From Vulcanimicrobiota bacterium (GTDB taxonomy: Bacteria > Vulcanimicrobiota > Vulcanimicrobiia > Vulcanimicrobiales > Vulcanimicrobiaceae), in assembly GCA_963777315.1 (NCBI GenBank), contig CAVZQC010000002.1, positions 800,001-864,000 on the forward strand: a DNA stretch of 64,000 nt. The letters run 5' to 3'. The notes below the pieces were generated by a model. That model searched no databases. It saw nothing but the letters and a program-made list of their open reading frames with translations, and was not told the origin of the DNA. Made by a program: the position numbers and the translations under genes. Below are positions 1 to 10,053 of this stretch, piece by piece (the first letter of the stretch is position 1; every line of letters starts with the position of its first letter).

Positions 1-604
1 CCACTTCGGACGGATTGCGCGCGGCCTGCGTTTGCCCGGTCTGCGCCGCGATGATCTCGATGTTGCCCGGTGTCGACGGGCCGGTCATGCCTTGAAAGAA
101 ATGATCGTACAGCACGAAGTCGCGCGCGTACTTCCACAGAAATGGAATCGTGTCGCAATCGTAGTAACTCATCGTGAGCTGGCCGAGCCGCGCCTGATCC
201 GCTGCGCCGTAGCCGTCCTTGGCGGAAGACCGCTCTTGAACCGCGATAAAGCCATCCATCTTGCCGTCGTTCATTTTACCGAGCAGGGCTGCGCGCGAAT
301 GATCCGGGCTCTCGACGTCCGGGTCGGTAATTCTGAACGGCGTGATCCACGCTTTCGCGATGGGATCGTACTGGCGGAATCCATGCAGACCCGCCGACAC
401 GCTCGCCAAATTGTCGGCGCGCGGATAGGTGCCGAAATAGTGATCGAACGATTCGTTTTCTTGATAGATGACGAAGACGTGTTTGATATGCCCGCGCAGC
501 AGCGCCTCGACGGATAGGGACTTTGCCGGAGCGAAAGGTCCGCTCGCTAGCGACAGCCCCAAGAGCGCGAGCGCCAGCACACCCGCAGCTGCTCTTCGCA
601 GCAT
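1..604 (-). CDS. Secreted phosphoesterase (phospholipase C / acid phosphatase AcpA family), N-terminal part; runs off the window
   Basis: Not in the ORF track. Manual translation from ATG 604 gives MLRRAAAGVLALALLGLSLAS (signal peptide) ... HIKHVFVIYQENESFDHYFGTYP ... YYDCDTIPFLWKYARDFVLYDHFF ... GPSTPGN. These are phosphoesterase-family motifs. The start overlaps the TBDR stop (TGATG). Confidence 0.9.
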   Translation of the reverse strand, partial: MLRRAAAGVLALALLGLSLASGPFAPAKSLSVEALLRGHIKHVFVIYQENESFDHYFGTYPRADNLASVSAGLHGFRQYDPIAKAWITPFRITDPDVESPDHSRAALLGKMNDGKMDGFIAVQERSSAKDGYGAADQARLGQLTMSYYDCDTIPFLWKYARDFVLYDHFFQGMTGPSTPGNIEIIAAQTGQTQAARNPSEV

Positions 605-3312
605 CACGGAGTTCGGCTTCCCGTGCCGCCCAAACGCTGCGTCAGCGTAAACGTAAAGGATCTCGGGCCGATGCCGAAGCGCTCCGTGCCTTGCTGGAGC
701 GCGTTCGCGTCAGTGCCGAACTGGTTCTCCGCCTGGTAAAGACCCAAGCCGACGCGCCCGTAGTTGTCCGTGGCTTCGTTGAACAGATTCGAGATGCCCA
801 GGTTGATCGACGTTTCGTTGCTGAGGCGCTGGTTGAAGAACGCGTCGGCTTCGCCGAACGCCGGACGGTTGTAAGCGTTGTAGTTGTCGTAATGCGTATA
901 GTCGATGTACACTTCGCCGCCGTGCGTATTCGTCAGGTCCATCGTAATCCCGTACGTGTGCAGCGGAATATTCGGAATCTGCGCGCCGTTGATCAGCGTC
1001 GGGTTGTTTTGGAGCAGCGTGTCCGACATGTCGAAGACGACCACGGACTGCACGTTGTAGAACGCGTCAAAGGCGAGCTGCGGCGTCACGCGGAGTCTTC
1101 CGCTCAGTTCGTAGCCGCGCGCACGCGACGTGGCCAAGTTCAGGTTGGTCGCCACCGTCAGGTTCGCAATCGTCGCCGGCGGATTTGGGGGCGAAAGGTT
1201 CGGACAGATCGACGATATGTGCTTATAGACGCCGGTAAGATACGACGGCCCGTAGAGTTGGTTGATGATGGGCACGTACGGCGCGGCCGGCAGATCGGCT
1301 TCGAAAATGGTGTTCGTTTCATTCGTATCATATGCCGTGAATTGCAGGCTGTCGTCGGTGCCGAACCGATGGGCGACCGAAGCCTCGATATCTTTGGCTT
1401 TTTCCGGAAGCTCGCCCGGGGTGGGCAGCGAGCCGAGTCCGAAAAGTTGACAGTTGCCGGGATTGATGCCGCCCGCGCCGGTTAATTCGAACGCGATCGG
1501 TGCCGGATCTGCCGATGAAGCGCCGCCCGTCAAGCGAACCACGTCGCGTGAGGTCGGCCGGTAAACGATCGAAAGTCGTGGATCGAAGGAGTTGCCGCCG
1601 AGCAGCGAGTGCTTGTACCAGGCGTTCATAAAATACGACACGCGCTCGGACGGCGTAAACGCATCGCGAATAAAGAAGCTGTCCAGCTTCGAGTACAGCG
1701 AGGCAGTCGGAATAAAGCCCGTAGAGCCGCTGATTTGATCGCCGTTGGTGTACTGGCGCTGCGCGTAAAGACCGAAACCGAGGTCGTTCTTCGCTCCCGC
1801 GATATCGTCGCTGATCAGCGTTCCATACGTGCGGAACATGCGCGTCAGCACGGAGAGATCGCCGTTGATGTTGGAGGCCGGACGCACGCGGTCTTGGCCG
1901 TAATTGTCCACGAACGAGTCGACGACGATTTGATTCTTGCCCAGCGTGGTGAGCAAACGCGCGTGGTAGTCCTGATTGCGAAGGGCTTGGAACGGTCCCT
2001 GGCCGCCGCCTGAAGGGCCGCTCGCACCTTGCGCATACTGCTGCGGAGTGACGCACTGTGCGCCGGCGTCCGTGGTTACGGTGATGCCGTTCGGTGCCGC
2101 GCCGCTTCCGATCGTGCAGTCCGGACTGCTGCTCGCCTGATACAGCGCGTAATCGTAAGAAATGAAGTCGTTGTCGCCGTTGCCGGTCTTGTCATCCCAC
2201 GAGGTCGCGGAATAGCCGGTGAGCATCAGCGAAGTTTTCGGGGAAAACGACCAGACTAACTTTGCTAAATCGTTGCGCAGAATGACGTCGCCCGTCACAC
2301 GATACGTATCGGCGGCGAGCGTTGCGGACGTCCAATCGTTACCACGCGCGCCCGTTTGCGCGATGAACTGCGGCTCGAACAGGCCGAATGTTCCGTTCAC
2401 GCCGTGAACGAGCGCATAACCGAGTTTACCGACAGTGCCCGTCGCCTGCACGCCCAAGAGCTGCGTGCCTTCATCTCCCGCTCCCCAACGCAGAACGGCC
2501 TCCGGCCGCTTCGTCGGATCGATCGTCTGAAAATCGATCGCTCCGCCCACTGCGTCGACGCCGTATAATCCGGAGGCTCCGGAACCGTACGTCACTTGTA
2601 CGCTTTTAAGGGCGAACGCGGGCGAATCGGCGAGATCGTAACCTCCCGTGCCGCCGCCGATATCCCAGCCGGGATAAACGCCCGTCGGGCCGATGGGATG
2701 CCCGTCCAAGAGAATTTGCGTTTCGCTCGGTTTGAGGCCGCGGATGTCGATGCCGATGTCGTCGCCGCGTGAAGAATCGGCGTCTGCCCGGTTCACGCCG
2801 GGCAACTTGCCCAAGCTCTCCGCCACGCGCAATTGATTGGTCTGCTGCACGACGTTGATGTCGACGTTGCTTTGGATTGTCGTCGTGGTCTGCAGCGCTC
2901 CTGCACCGCCGACGCGCACGCTCGCGATCGTGCGTAAACCGCCGGCTGAGCTCGAGCGCACCAATGCCACGTTCACGGTTGCCGGACCGGTGAGCACGAT
3001 GTCTTGCGAAGTTCCGCTCTGGTAACCGGCGGCCTGAACGAGAATCGAGTAGATGCCTTGCGGAACAGCGCTAAACGTGAAGGCTCCGTACCCGTTTGCG
3101 ATCGTCGTCGCGATCGTTTTCCCGGCTTGCTGCAGTTGCAGCCGTGCGCCGGCGACCGGAAGACCGCCGTTCTGATCGACGATGACGCCGCTGATGCTTG
3201 CGGTAGGCGGCGCGTGCGGCTGCCCCGGGGTTTGCGCAGCTGCGGGCCGTCCCGCGAAAAAAGCGCAGGATAAAATCGATATGATTAACCCTAACGTTCG
3301 TAATCGGATCAT
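604..3312 (-). CDS. TonB-dependent receptor with N-terminal carboxypeptidase-regulatory-like domain
   Basis: Signal peptide, ISGVIVDQNGGLPVAGA N-domain, plug motifs IRGLKPSETQILLDGHPI and GVDAVGGAIDF, C-terminal LGISNLFN...PRSFTFTL. Start set at ATG 3312 after the GGAGGA SD; the ORF track extends to 3345. Confidence 0.9.
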   Translation of the reverse strand: MIRLRTLGLIISILSCAFFAGRPAAAQTPGQPHAPPTASISGVIVDQNGGLPVAGARLQLQQAGKTIATTIANGYGAFTFSAVPQGIYSILVQAAGYQSGTSQDIVLTGPATVNVALVRSSSAGGLRTIASVRVGGAGALQTTTTIQSNVDINVVQQTNQLRVAESLGKLPGVNRADADSSRGDDIGIDIRGLKPSETQILLDGHPIGPTGVYPGWDIGGGTGGYDLADSPAFALKSVQVTYGSGASGLYGVDAVGGAIDFQTIDPTKRPEAVLRWGAGDEGTQLLGVQATGTVGKLGYALVHGVNGTFGLFEPQFIAQTGARGNDWTSATLAADTYRVTGDVILRNDLAKLVWSFSPKTSLMLTGYSATSWDDKTGNGDNDFISYDYALYQASSSPDCTIGSGAAPNGITVTTDAGAQCVTPQQYAQGASGPSGGGQGPFQALRNQDYHARLLTTLGKNQIVVDSFVDNYGQDRVRPASNINGDLSVLTRMFRTYGTLISDDIAGAKNDLGFGLYAQRQYTNGDQISGSTGFIPTASLYSKLDSFFIRDAFTPSERVSYFMNAWYKHSLLGGNSFDPRLSIVYRPTSRDVVRLTGGASSADPAPIAFELTGAGGINPGNCQLFGLGSLPTPGELPEKAKDIEASVAHRFGTDDSLQFTAYDTNETNTIFEADLPAAPYVPIINQLYGPSYLTGVYKHISSICPNLSPPNPPATIANLTVATNLNLATSRARGYELSGRLRVTPQLAFDAFYNVQSVVVFDMSDTLLQNNPTLINGAQIPNIPLHTYGITMDLTNTHGGEVYIDYTHYDNYNAYNRPAFGEADAFFNQRLSNETSINLGISNLFNEATDNYGRVGLGLYQAENQFGTDANALQQGTERFGIGPRSFTFTLTQRLGGTGSRTP

Positions 3313-3415
3313 TTGCGGTTCCTCCTTACGCGCTCCCTCAGTCACCGGGTCGACGCCGCAGAGAGAGCATCCAGCCTCCGCTCTGCGAGCAGCCTAGATT
3401 ACTTCAACCATTTTG

Positions 3416-3511
3416 TTGCATAGTTGTCAATATAGTTGCATTTCCTCACGAGGGAAGGCCCGGGAGTCGGGTAATCGGGCGTTATTGGTTGATCATACTG
3501 CAATAATGTTG
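3416..3511. promoter_or_regulatory. Two copies of the TTGAY-N5-TGCAA putative operator upstream of the TBDR
   Basis: 3416-3430 minus strand TTGAC-AACTA-TGCAA; 3489-3503 plus strand TTGAT-CATAC-TGCAA. The same motif occurs twice at 6337-6415. Confidence 0.6.
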
Positions 3512-3513
3512 GG

Positions 3514-4290
3514 CTATCGCGCTGAAGTGAGCCGGCCCATCTCGTGCTGAAGGGCCTGCAGCTCAGCGCCGCCCGCCATATGGCGGACCAGGTCTTCCAG
3601 CGTAAGCTCCGAGCGCCGCGCGTCCAGCTCGATGCGGCCCAAATTCAGCACCGCGAAACGATCGCCGACCAGATAGGCGTGATGCGGGTTATGACTGATG
3701 AAAATGACCGCTAGGCCCGCGTCGCGAGCTGCGGCAATGTACTTGAGCACGACGCCGGACTGTTTGACGCCGAGCGCGGCTGTCGGCTCATCCAATATGA
3801 GCACGCGCGCGCCGAAATGAATGGCGCGCGCAATTGCGACGACTTGCATTTCGCCGCCCGACAGTTTGCCGACAGGCGCGTCGAGATCGGGCAGTTCGAT
3901 GCCCATTTTGGCGAGTTCCTCATCGGCGGTGCGGCGCATCGTCGCAACATCGAGCCGCCGGAACGGCCAAACGCCGGTGACGATCTCCGAACCGAGAAAA
4001 AAATTGCGCCACACCGGCATGAGCGGTATCAGCGCCAAGTCTTGATACACGGTAGCGATTCCGGCATCCAATGCTTGCCGCGGCGAAGAAAAGCGGACTT
4101 CGTTCCCGTGCACGCGTAAGACTCCCGAGTCGTGCGGGTGCAGCCCTGCAATAATTTTGATCAGCGTTGATTTGCCGGCGCCGTTGTCGCCGAGGATGCA
4201 CGTGACTTCGCCGGCGCGCACGGCCAGGTTGATGTCGCTGAGCGCGCGGATGTTGCCGTATTGCTTGCCGACGTTGCACAGCTCGATCAT
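3514..4290 (-). CDS. Sugar (inositol-type) ABC transporter ATP-binding protein
   Basis: Walker [10 protein letters not shown], signature LSGGE, Walker B LILDEPT. Confidence 0.93.
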   Translation of the reverse strand: MIELCNVGKQYGNIRALSDINLAVRAGEVTCILGDNGAGKSTLIKIIAGLHPHDSGVLRVHGNEVRFSSPRQALDAGIATVYQDLALIPLMPVWRNFFLGSEIVTGVWPFRRLDVATMRRTADEELAKMGIELPDLDAPVGKLSGGEMQVVAIARAIHFGARVLILDEPTAALGVKQSGVVLKYIAAARDAGLAVIFISHNPHHAYLVGDRFAVLNLGRIELDARRSELTLEDLVRHMAGGAELQALQHEMGRLTSAR

Positions 4291-5327
4291 TTCTTCTCAA
4301 CCTGCGAGCGGACGAACATGTTGACCAGCGTCGCCAGAAGAAGCATCGCGCCGAGGAAAAACTTGAACCAGTCCGGGTTCCACCCCGCATACACCACGCC
4401 TTGACTCACTACGCCGAAGATCAGCGCCCCGATCGCGGCGCCGATCACGGATCCGTATCCGCCCGTCAACAAACAGCCGCCGACTACTGCGGCAACGATG
4501 TACTCGAGTTCAAGGCCGACGCCGCCTCCGGACTGCACCGTGTTGTATGCGAACAACTGATGCATGCCGGCGATCCACGCGCACAGGCCCACCGTCATAA
4601 ACAACGCGATCTTCGTACGCTTGACCGGAACGCCGACGGCGCGCGCACTGGCAGCGTTACCGCCGGCCGCGAAGATCCAATTGCCCGCCGGCGTTCGCAA
4701 GAGCACCCACGTGCCGGCCGCAACGAGCGCAAGCCACCAAAGGATGCTGACGTTCACGTCAGTGCCGTTCACATTCATCGTCGTGGCGAAAATCGCGTGG
4801 GCCGAACCGAAGCCGGCCATGTTCGAGATGTCGTTGGTTGCGACGTTGTTCGTCACCAGCCGCGTGATCGCCAAGTTGATGCCTTGAAGCATGAGGAACG
4901 TGCCGAGCGTGACGAGGAAACTCGGCACTCCGGTTCGCACGAGCACCCATCCGTTGAACGCGCCGATGCTCAATGAAAGCGCAAGAGCGACGACGACGCC
5001 GACCCATACGTTCGTGCCCATTTGGTAGTCGAACATCGAAGCCGTCAGCGCGGACGAAATCACGGCCACGCCCGCCGAAAGATCGAATTCGCCGCCGATC
5101 ATCAGCAGCGCCACGCCCACGGCCATGATGCCCAGCGTGGAACTCTGATAGAGCACCGTACTAATGGAGCCGGGATGCCGGATCGACGGCGCCATCACCG
5201 AAAAGAACACGATGACGATGACGGCGCCCATCAGCGAGCCGACTTCCGGCCGCATCAAAAATATCCGCAGCGGCGATCGCCGCGTCATCCGTTTGCCGGC
5301 GGGTGCAAGCGCCGACGTGGAACTCAT
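4287..5327 (-). CDS. Sugar ABC transporter permease (CUT2/RbsC family)
   Basis: Multiple TM helices, [33 protein letters not shown] motifs; ATGA overlaps with neighbours. Confidence 0.93.
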   Translation of the reverse strand: MSSTSALAPAGKRMTRRSPLRIFLMRPEVGSLMGAVIVIVFFSVMAPSIRHPGSISTVLYQSSTLGIMAVGVALLMIGGEFDLSAGVAVISSALTASMFDYQMGTNVWVGVVVALALSLSIGAFNGWVLVRTGVPSFLVTLGTFLMLQGINLAITRLVTNNVATNDISNMAGFGSAHAIFATTMNVNGTDVNVSILWWLALVAAGTWVLLRTPAGNWIFAAGGNAASARAVGVPVKRTKIALFMTVGLCAWIAGMHQLFAYNTVQSGGGVGLELEYIVAAVVGGCLLTGGYGSVIGAAIGALIFGVVSQGVVYAGWNPDWFKFFLGAMLLLATLVNMFVRSQVEKK

Positions 5328-6304
5328 CGCGTTCCCTTTGCCGCGAATTTTGCGATCGCGTTAATGTTGCTCGCGTCGATGAACGCGGGACCCGTGAGCA
5401 TTGCCTGCCCGCCGCCGAGCACGTCGCCGTTCGTAATGTTCAGCCATAAAACGTCGACGGCCTCGTATCCTTGAGCGTACGGCTGTTGATCGATCGCCCA
5501 GAGAACGCTGCGGTTTTGGATCGCTCCGACAAGCTGCTTATTGGTGTCGAACGTTACCACTTTTGCGTTGCTCCGTGCCGCCTGCACCGCGGTCACCGCC
5601 GTGAGCGCAATCGGCGCACCCAGTGTAACGACGTAGTCTATGCCGGGATCCTGCTGCAGCTTTGCGGTTAGCGTCGAGCGTACCGACGGCATGTCGGCGC
5701 CGTTGACGTAGATCTTCTCGCTGCGCGCGCTTGTCAGACCCTGCTGCAAGCCGGTGCAGCGCGCTTCCAGCTGCACTTCGCCCTGCGACTGTATCACGCA
5801 TAAAACGTGCTTTGCACCCTGGCGGCTCAAGCGCTGTCCGGCCGCACGCCCCGCAAGGGTCTCGTCCTGGCCGACGTACATCGGAATGCCCAGGCGTTTC
5901 CATGCATCGAAGCCCGCATTGAATGCAATAACCGGAATGCCCATTTGCTGAGCCTTGCGCACTTCGCCCGCGAGCGCATCCGGCGTGGGAAGCGTCACGG
6001 CGATGCCGTCGACGCGCTGATCGATCGCGTTTTGGATGAGAACGGCTTGGGCGTTCGCGTTCTGGTCGTTGGAGTAAATCAGGTCGACGTTGTCTTTTGC
6101 GGACGCGGCTTCCGCGCCCTTACGGACGATGTCCCAAAAGGTATCGCCGGGAGCCTGATGGGTGATCATAGCGATCCGCAAACGCGGCAATCGTACCGCG
6201 GCGCCGGAGGCCGAACGTGCCCCCCCGGTGCTGCTGCAGCCGGCAAGCAGCGCCAGCGCACTGAGGATAACCGCGACAGATGTAGCCGTTTTATGCAGCA
6301 GCAT
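5324..6304 (-). CDS. Sugar ABC transporter substrate-binding lipoprotein (probable inositol-binding)
   Basis: Lipobox LLAGC, ITHQAPGDTFWDIVRKGAE and IDQQPYAQGY periplasmic-binding motifs; iol context. Start at ATG 6304. Confidence 0.88.
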   Translation of the reverse strand: MLLHKTATSVAVILSALALLAGCSSTGGARSASGAAVRLPRLRIAMITHQAPGDTFWDIVRKGAEAASAKDNVDLIYSNDQNANAQAVLIQNAIDQRVDGIAVTLPTPDALAGEVRKAQQMGIPVIAFNAGFDAWKRLGIPMYVGQDETLAGRAAGQRLSRQGAKHVLCVIQSQGEVQLEARCTGLQQGLTSARSEKIYVNGADMPSVRSTLTAKLQQDPGIDYVVTLGAPIALTAVTAVQAARSNAKVVTFDTNKQLVGAIQNRSVLWAIDQQPYAQGYEAVDVLWLNITNGDVLGGGQAMLTGPAFIDASNINAIAKFAAKGTR

Positions 6305-6336
6305 GACGGATGCCCCTTGCCGGCTGTGGTGATACC

Positions 6337-6430
6337 TTGCAATATAGTCAACATTATTGCAAAACCCTCCCAAGGTGGTTCGACCCATACGGCACCGTGC
6401 TTGACCATAGTGCAATAAGATTGATATAAC
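6337..6430. promoter_or_regulatory. Divergent promoter region with two TTGAY-N5-TGCAA boxes and a sigma70-like promoter for iclR
   Basis: 6337-6351 minus strand TTGAC-TATAT-TGCAA; 6401-6415 TTGAC-CATAG-TGCAA. -35 TTGACC (6401), 18 nt spacer, TG-N-TATAAC (6425-6430); SD AGGAG before ATG 6441. Confidence 0.65.
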
Positions 6431-6440
6431 TTCAGGAGTC

Positions 6441-7223
6441 ATGGCAGCAACGGTGATCAACTCGCTTTCGAGAGGCGTTCGCATCTTGCGCCTGCTCGCC
6501 ACCAGGGGCAGCGGCGTGGGGGTAACCGAGGTCGCCGACCACTTGGACGTCGACCCGAGCACGGCATACCGGCTGCTCAGCACGCTCGAACTGCACGGCC
6601 TGGTGAATCAAGACGCCGACAGCAAGAGATACGCGATCGGCTACGGCGTGCTCGAGATCGCCTCCGGCTTGCTGCGCCGGCTCAGCGTGGTCGAGATTTC
6701 TCAGCCCTACTTGCGCACGCTCACGGCGCGCACCGGGGAAAACACGCACGTCGCGGTTCGCGATCGCCGCCATGCGGTCTCCGTCGGAGCAGAGTCCGCG
6801 ACCGGTATTTTACGCGTCGAAACGATGCTCGGCTCCGCCGAACCCTTGCATTGCACGGCCGTCGGCAAAGCGCTCATTTCGGATTTCACGCGCGCGCAGC
6901 TCATCGAACTCTTTGAAGGTGAGACGTTCGAGCGGCATACGCCGCATACCATAACGAGCATCGACGAGCTCGATTTCGATTTGTCGCGCGTACGGCGCGC
7001 AGGATATGCGATCGACGACGAGGAGCTGCATCCGGGTGTGCGCTGCATCGCCGCACCCGTGCGCGATCACGGCGGCAACATCATCGCCGCATTCGGACTC
7101 TCGTCGCCGGCAGTTCGTCTGACGCGAGAACGGGTTCCGGAGTTGGCGCAAGACGTTCTCGAGTCGGCGCAGGCCATTTCGCAGCAACTGGGATACGCCC
7201 CCGCTGCGGCAGGCGCTTCTTAA
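6441..7223 (+). CDS. IclR-family transcriptional regulator
   Basis: N-terminal wHTH (VTEVADHLDVDPSTAYRLLSTL); C-terminal PLHCTAVGKA and GYAIDDEELHPGVRCIAAPV. Confidence 0.95.
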   Translation: MAATVINSLSRGVRILRLLATRGSGVGVTEVADHLDVDPSTAYRLLSTLELHGLVNQDADSKRYAIGYGVLEIASGLLRRLSVVEISQPYLRTLTARTGENTHVAVRDRRHAVSVGAESATGILRVETMLGSAEPLHCTAVGKALISDFTRAQLIELFEGETFERHTPHTITSIDELDFDLSRVRRAGYAIDDEELHPGVRCIAAPVRDHGGNIIAAFGLSSPAVRLTRERVPELAQDVLESAQAISQQLGYAPAAAGAS

Positions 7224-7235
7224 GAGGAGCACGAT

Positions 7236-9044
7236 ATGCGCATGACGGGCGGTCAGATCGTGGCCGAGTACTTGGTACGCGAAGGCGTGCCTATGCTGTT
7301 CGGCGTGCCGGGTCACGGCATAACGGCGCTGCTCGATGCGTTCGTCGATCGCCGGGACGAAATTGCGGTGATTCAGGCGATTCACGAGCAGGGCGCCGCG
7401 CACATGGCGGATGCGTATTATCGCGTCGCAGGCAAGCCGTGCGGCGTCTTTACCTCGATCGGCCCCGGAGCCGTCAACACCGCGATGGGTGTCGCCTGCG
7501 CGTACATCGACTCCATTCCGCTTCTGCTGCTGACGGGGTCCGTGCACACCTACATGCGCGGCCGGGGCGTGCTGCAGGAACTCGAGCGCACGCACTGGGC
7601 GAACTTTCCGCGCATGATGGAGCCGGTCGTGAAACGCTGGTGGCAGCCTAGCCGCGTCGACCAGCTTCCCAACGTCCTGCATCTGGCATTCAACGTGATG
7701 CTCGAAGGGCGGCGCGGACCGGCGCACATCGACATTCCGATGGACGTGCAAGCCGAGTTCGCGGAGATTGACGAGTTTCCCAATCCGGTGACGCGCCGTC
7801 CGCGCGGGCGCGCGCACGGCGATCCCGACATGGTTGACAAAGCGGCAAAATTGCTGCTGGGCGCGGAGCGTCCGCTGATCGTCGCGGGCGGCGGCATCGT
7901 AGCCTCGGGCGCGGAAGAGCAGCTGCGCGAGATTGCGGAGTTTCTCGGCGCGCCGGTCACCGTCACCTGGATGGGCAAGGGCGCGATCCCTGAAGACCAC
8001 GAGCTCTACGCGTGGCCGTGCGGCGACCTCGGTTCCATATCGGGCAATACGCTCGCGCGTGAAGCCGACGTGCTTTTGGCCGTGGGATGCCGCTTTACCG
8101 ATCGCACCGCATCGTCATTCCGGCGCGGTGTGACGTTCTCGATTCCGCCGACCAAGCTCGTGCAGATCGATATGGACCCGTACGAGATCGGCAAGAACTA
8201 CCCGGTCGAAGCGGGCATCGTCGGCGACGCGCGCGCTACGCTCTCCGATCTGCTGCTTACGCTGCGAGAGCTCGCGCGCCAGCGCGACTACCGCGCGTCT
8301 GCGTATTTCGAGCGCGTTCAAGACCTGAAAGCTCAATGGCAGCAGGCGCTGCGTGGACCGCGAGAGAGCGATGCCGCGCCGATGACGATTTCGCGGGCGC
8401 TGGTGGAGGCGCGAAAGGTTCTCGAGCGCGACGGCATCATCGTAACCGGCGCGGGGAATCCCCAAAGTCAAGCGTTCACCGAGTTTCCGGTCTACGGCAG
8501 CCGCCAGCACATCACCGCCGGCGGTTTCTCCGCCATGGGTTTCGAAGTGCCGGCCGCCATCGGCGCCAAGCTGGCCGCGCCCGACAAGCAAGTCATGGCG
8601 ATTGTCGGCGACGGAAGTTTTCTGCAGACGGTTCAAGAGCTTGCGATGGCGGCGCAATACGATATTCCGGTCGTGTTCCTAGTCATGAACAACTACGGCT
8701 GGGAGTGCATCAAAAATCTGCAGTCGCTGCAGTTCGGCCCCGACCGCGTCATTGCGACGAACTTCAAAAAGCGCGACGGCACGCCGTTCTCGGCCGATCT
8801 TGCGCGCGTTTCGGAAGGTTTTGGCTGCCATGCGGAACGCGTGGAGCATCCGGCGGAGCTCGGGCCGGCGCTCAAGCGCGCGTTCGCGTGCGGCCGTCCC
8901 GCCGTGGTTGAAGCGCTCTGCAGCAGACAACTTCCCGATAGCGGTTTGACGGCGACGGGATGGTGGGACGTAACGGTTCCCGCCTATCACGAAGAGCAGC
9001 GCCGTAAATACGAGGAGGCGCGCTCACAGGAGACGCTGACTTAA
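7236..9044 (+). CDS. iolD: TPP-dependent enzyme, IolD-like (THcHDO hydrolase)
   Basis: HEQGAAHMA, TSIGPGAVN, TPP motif GDGSF...NN, C-terminal WWDVTVP resembling IolD; iol context. The N-terminus is divergent from canonical IolD. Confidence 0.72.
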   Translation: MRMTGGQIVAEYLVREGVPMLFGVPGHGITALLDAFVDRRDEIAVIQAIHEQGAAHMADAYYRVAGKPCGVFTSIGPGAVNTAMGVACAYIDSIPLLLLTGSVHTYMRGRGVLQELERTHWANFPRMMEPVVKRWWQPSRVDQLPNVLHLAFNVMLEGRRGPAHIDIPMDVQAEFAEIDEFPNPVTRRPRGRAHGDPDMVDKAAKLLLGAERPLIVAGGGIVASGAEEQLREIAEFLGAPVTVTWMGKGAIPEDHELYAWPCGDLGSISGNTLAREADVLLAVGCRFTDRTASSFRRGVTFSIPPTKLVQIDMDPYEIGKNYPVEAGIVGDARATLSDLLLTLRELARQRDYRASAYFERVQDLKAQWQQALRGPRESDAAPMTISRALVEARKVLERDGIIVTGAGNPQSQAFTEFPVYGSRQHITAGGFSAMGFEVPAAIGAKLAAPDKQVMAIVGDGSFLQTVQELAMAAQYDIPVVFLVMNNYGWECIKNLQSLQFGPDRVIATNFKKRDGTPFSADLARVSEGFGCHAERVEHPAELGPALKRAFACGRPAVVEALCSRQLPDSGLTATGWWDVTVPAYHEEQRRKYEEARSQETLT

Positions 9045-9045
9045 C

Positions 9046-10053
9046 ATGTCCGGCGCGCGGCCGGGAATTGCCGTGCTTGGAGCCGGCCGCATGGGGTCGG
9101 TGCACGCGCGCAATATTGCCGCATCGAACGCCCTTCTCGCCGGAATCGCCGACGTCGATGACGCGGCGGCAACGCGCCTGGCAGAATCGCTCGACACGCA
9201 CACGGGTTCCATCGAAGACTTCTTGCGCGATCCGCGCGTGAACGCCGTCGTGATCACGACGCCGAGTGGGACTCACGCGCAGCTGATCGAGCGATGCGCG
9301 CAGGCCGGCAAGCACATTTTTTGCGAGAAACCGATCTCGCTCGACGTGAGCACCACCGTCGGCGCAACCGATGCGTGCAAACGCGCGGGCATTGTGCTGC
9401 AAATCGGCTTCCAGCGCCGCTTCGATCGGCATTTCGTTCAAGCGCATGAGGCGATCGCTCGAGGCGAAGTCGGCGAGATGCGATTCCTGCGTCTGGTGAG
9501 CCGGGACCGCGCGCTGCCGCCCATTTCGTACATTCCGACGAGCGGCGGACAGTTCCGCGATCAGATGGTGCACGACTTCGATGCGGCGCGCTGGCTGCTT
9601 GCGCCGGCGCACGTTGAAGACGTCACCGCAACGGGAACCGCCGCGAACGGCGCGATCGCCCAGGCGGGCGACGTGGACACCTCCGTCGCCGTGCTGCGCT
9701 TCTCGAACGGCGCCGTTGCCGTCCTCGACGTTACGCGGGAAGCGGCGTACGGCTACGACGTGCGCATCGAAGTGCTCGGCTCCCGCGGCATGCTGCTTGC
9801 GGGCGCCGACGGCATGCCGCAGGGGCATGTACTGGATGCTTCGTTTGCGGCTCCGCTTACCGACTCGTTCATCACCCGGTTCGCCGATGCGTACCGCGAG
9901 GAGATCCGCGAATTCGTCAGCGTGCTGGAGAACGGCGGAGACGTTCGAGCGGGTGGCGACGATGCGCTTCAGGCGTTGCGCCTAGCGATCGCTGCCGATC
10001 GTTCGCGCGAAGACGGCCGCACCGTCAGGCTCGCCGATGTTGAAGGCGGGTAG
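9046..10053 (+). CDS. iolG: Inositol 2-dehydrogenase (Gfo/Idh/MocA family)
   Basis: GAGRMG, CEKP, GFQRRFD, SGGQFRDQMVHDFD, YGYDVRIEV. Confidence 0.9.
   Translation: MSGARPGIAVLGAGRMGSVHARNIAASNALLAGIADVDDAAATRLAESLDTHTGSIEDFLRDPRVNAVVITTPSGTHAQLIERCAQAGKHIFCEKPISLDVSTTVGATDACKRAGIVLQIGFQRRFDRHFVQAHEAIARGEVGEMRFLRLVSRDRALPPISYIPTSGGQFRDQMVHDFDAARWLLAPAHVEDVTATGTAANGAIAQAGDVDTSVAVLRFSNGAVAVLDVTREAAYGYDVRIEVLGSRGMLLAGADGMPQGHVLDASFAAPLTDSFITRFADAYREEIREFVSVLENGGDVRAGGDDALQALRLAIAADRSREDGRTVRLADVEGG

Noticed and set aside
523..1485. Long antisense or alternative-frame ORFs in the track (e.g. 523-1485, 30700-32250, 32094-33722, 37075-38538)
   Set aside because: Shadow ORFs of GC-rich genes; Arg-rich and without motifs.
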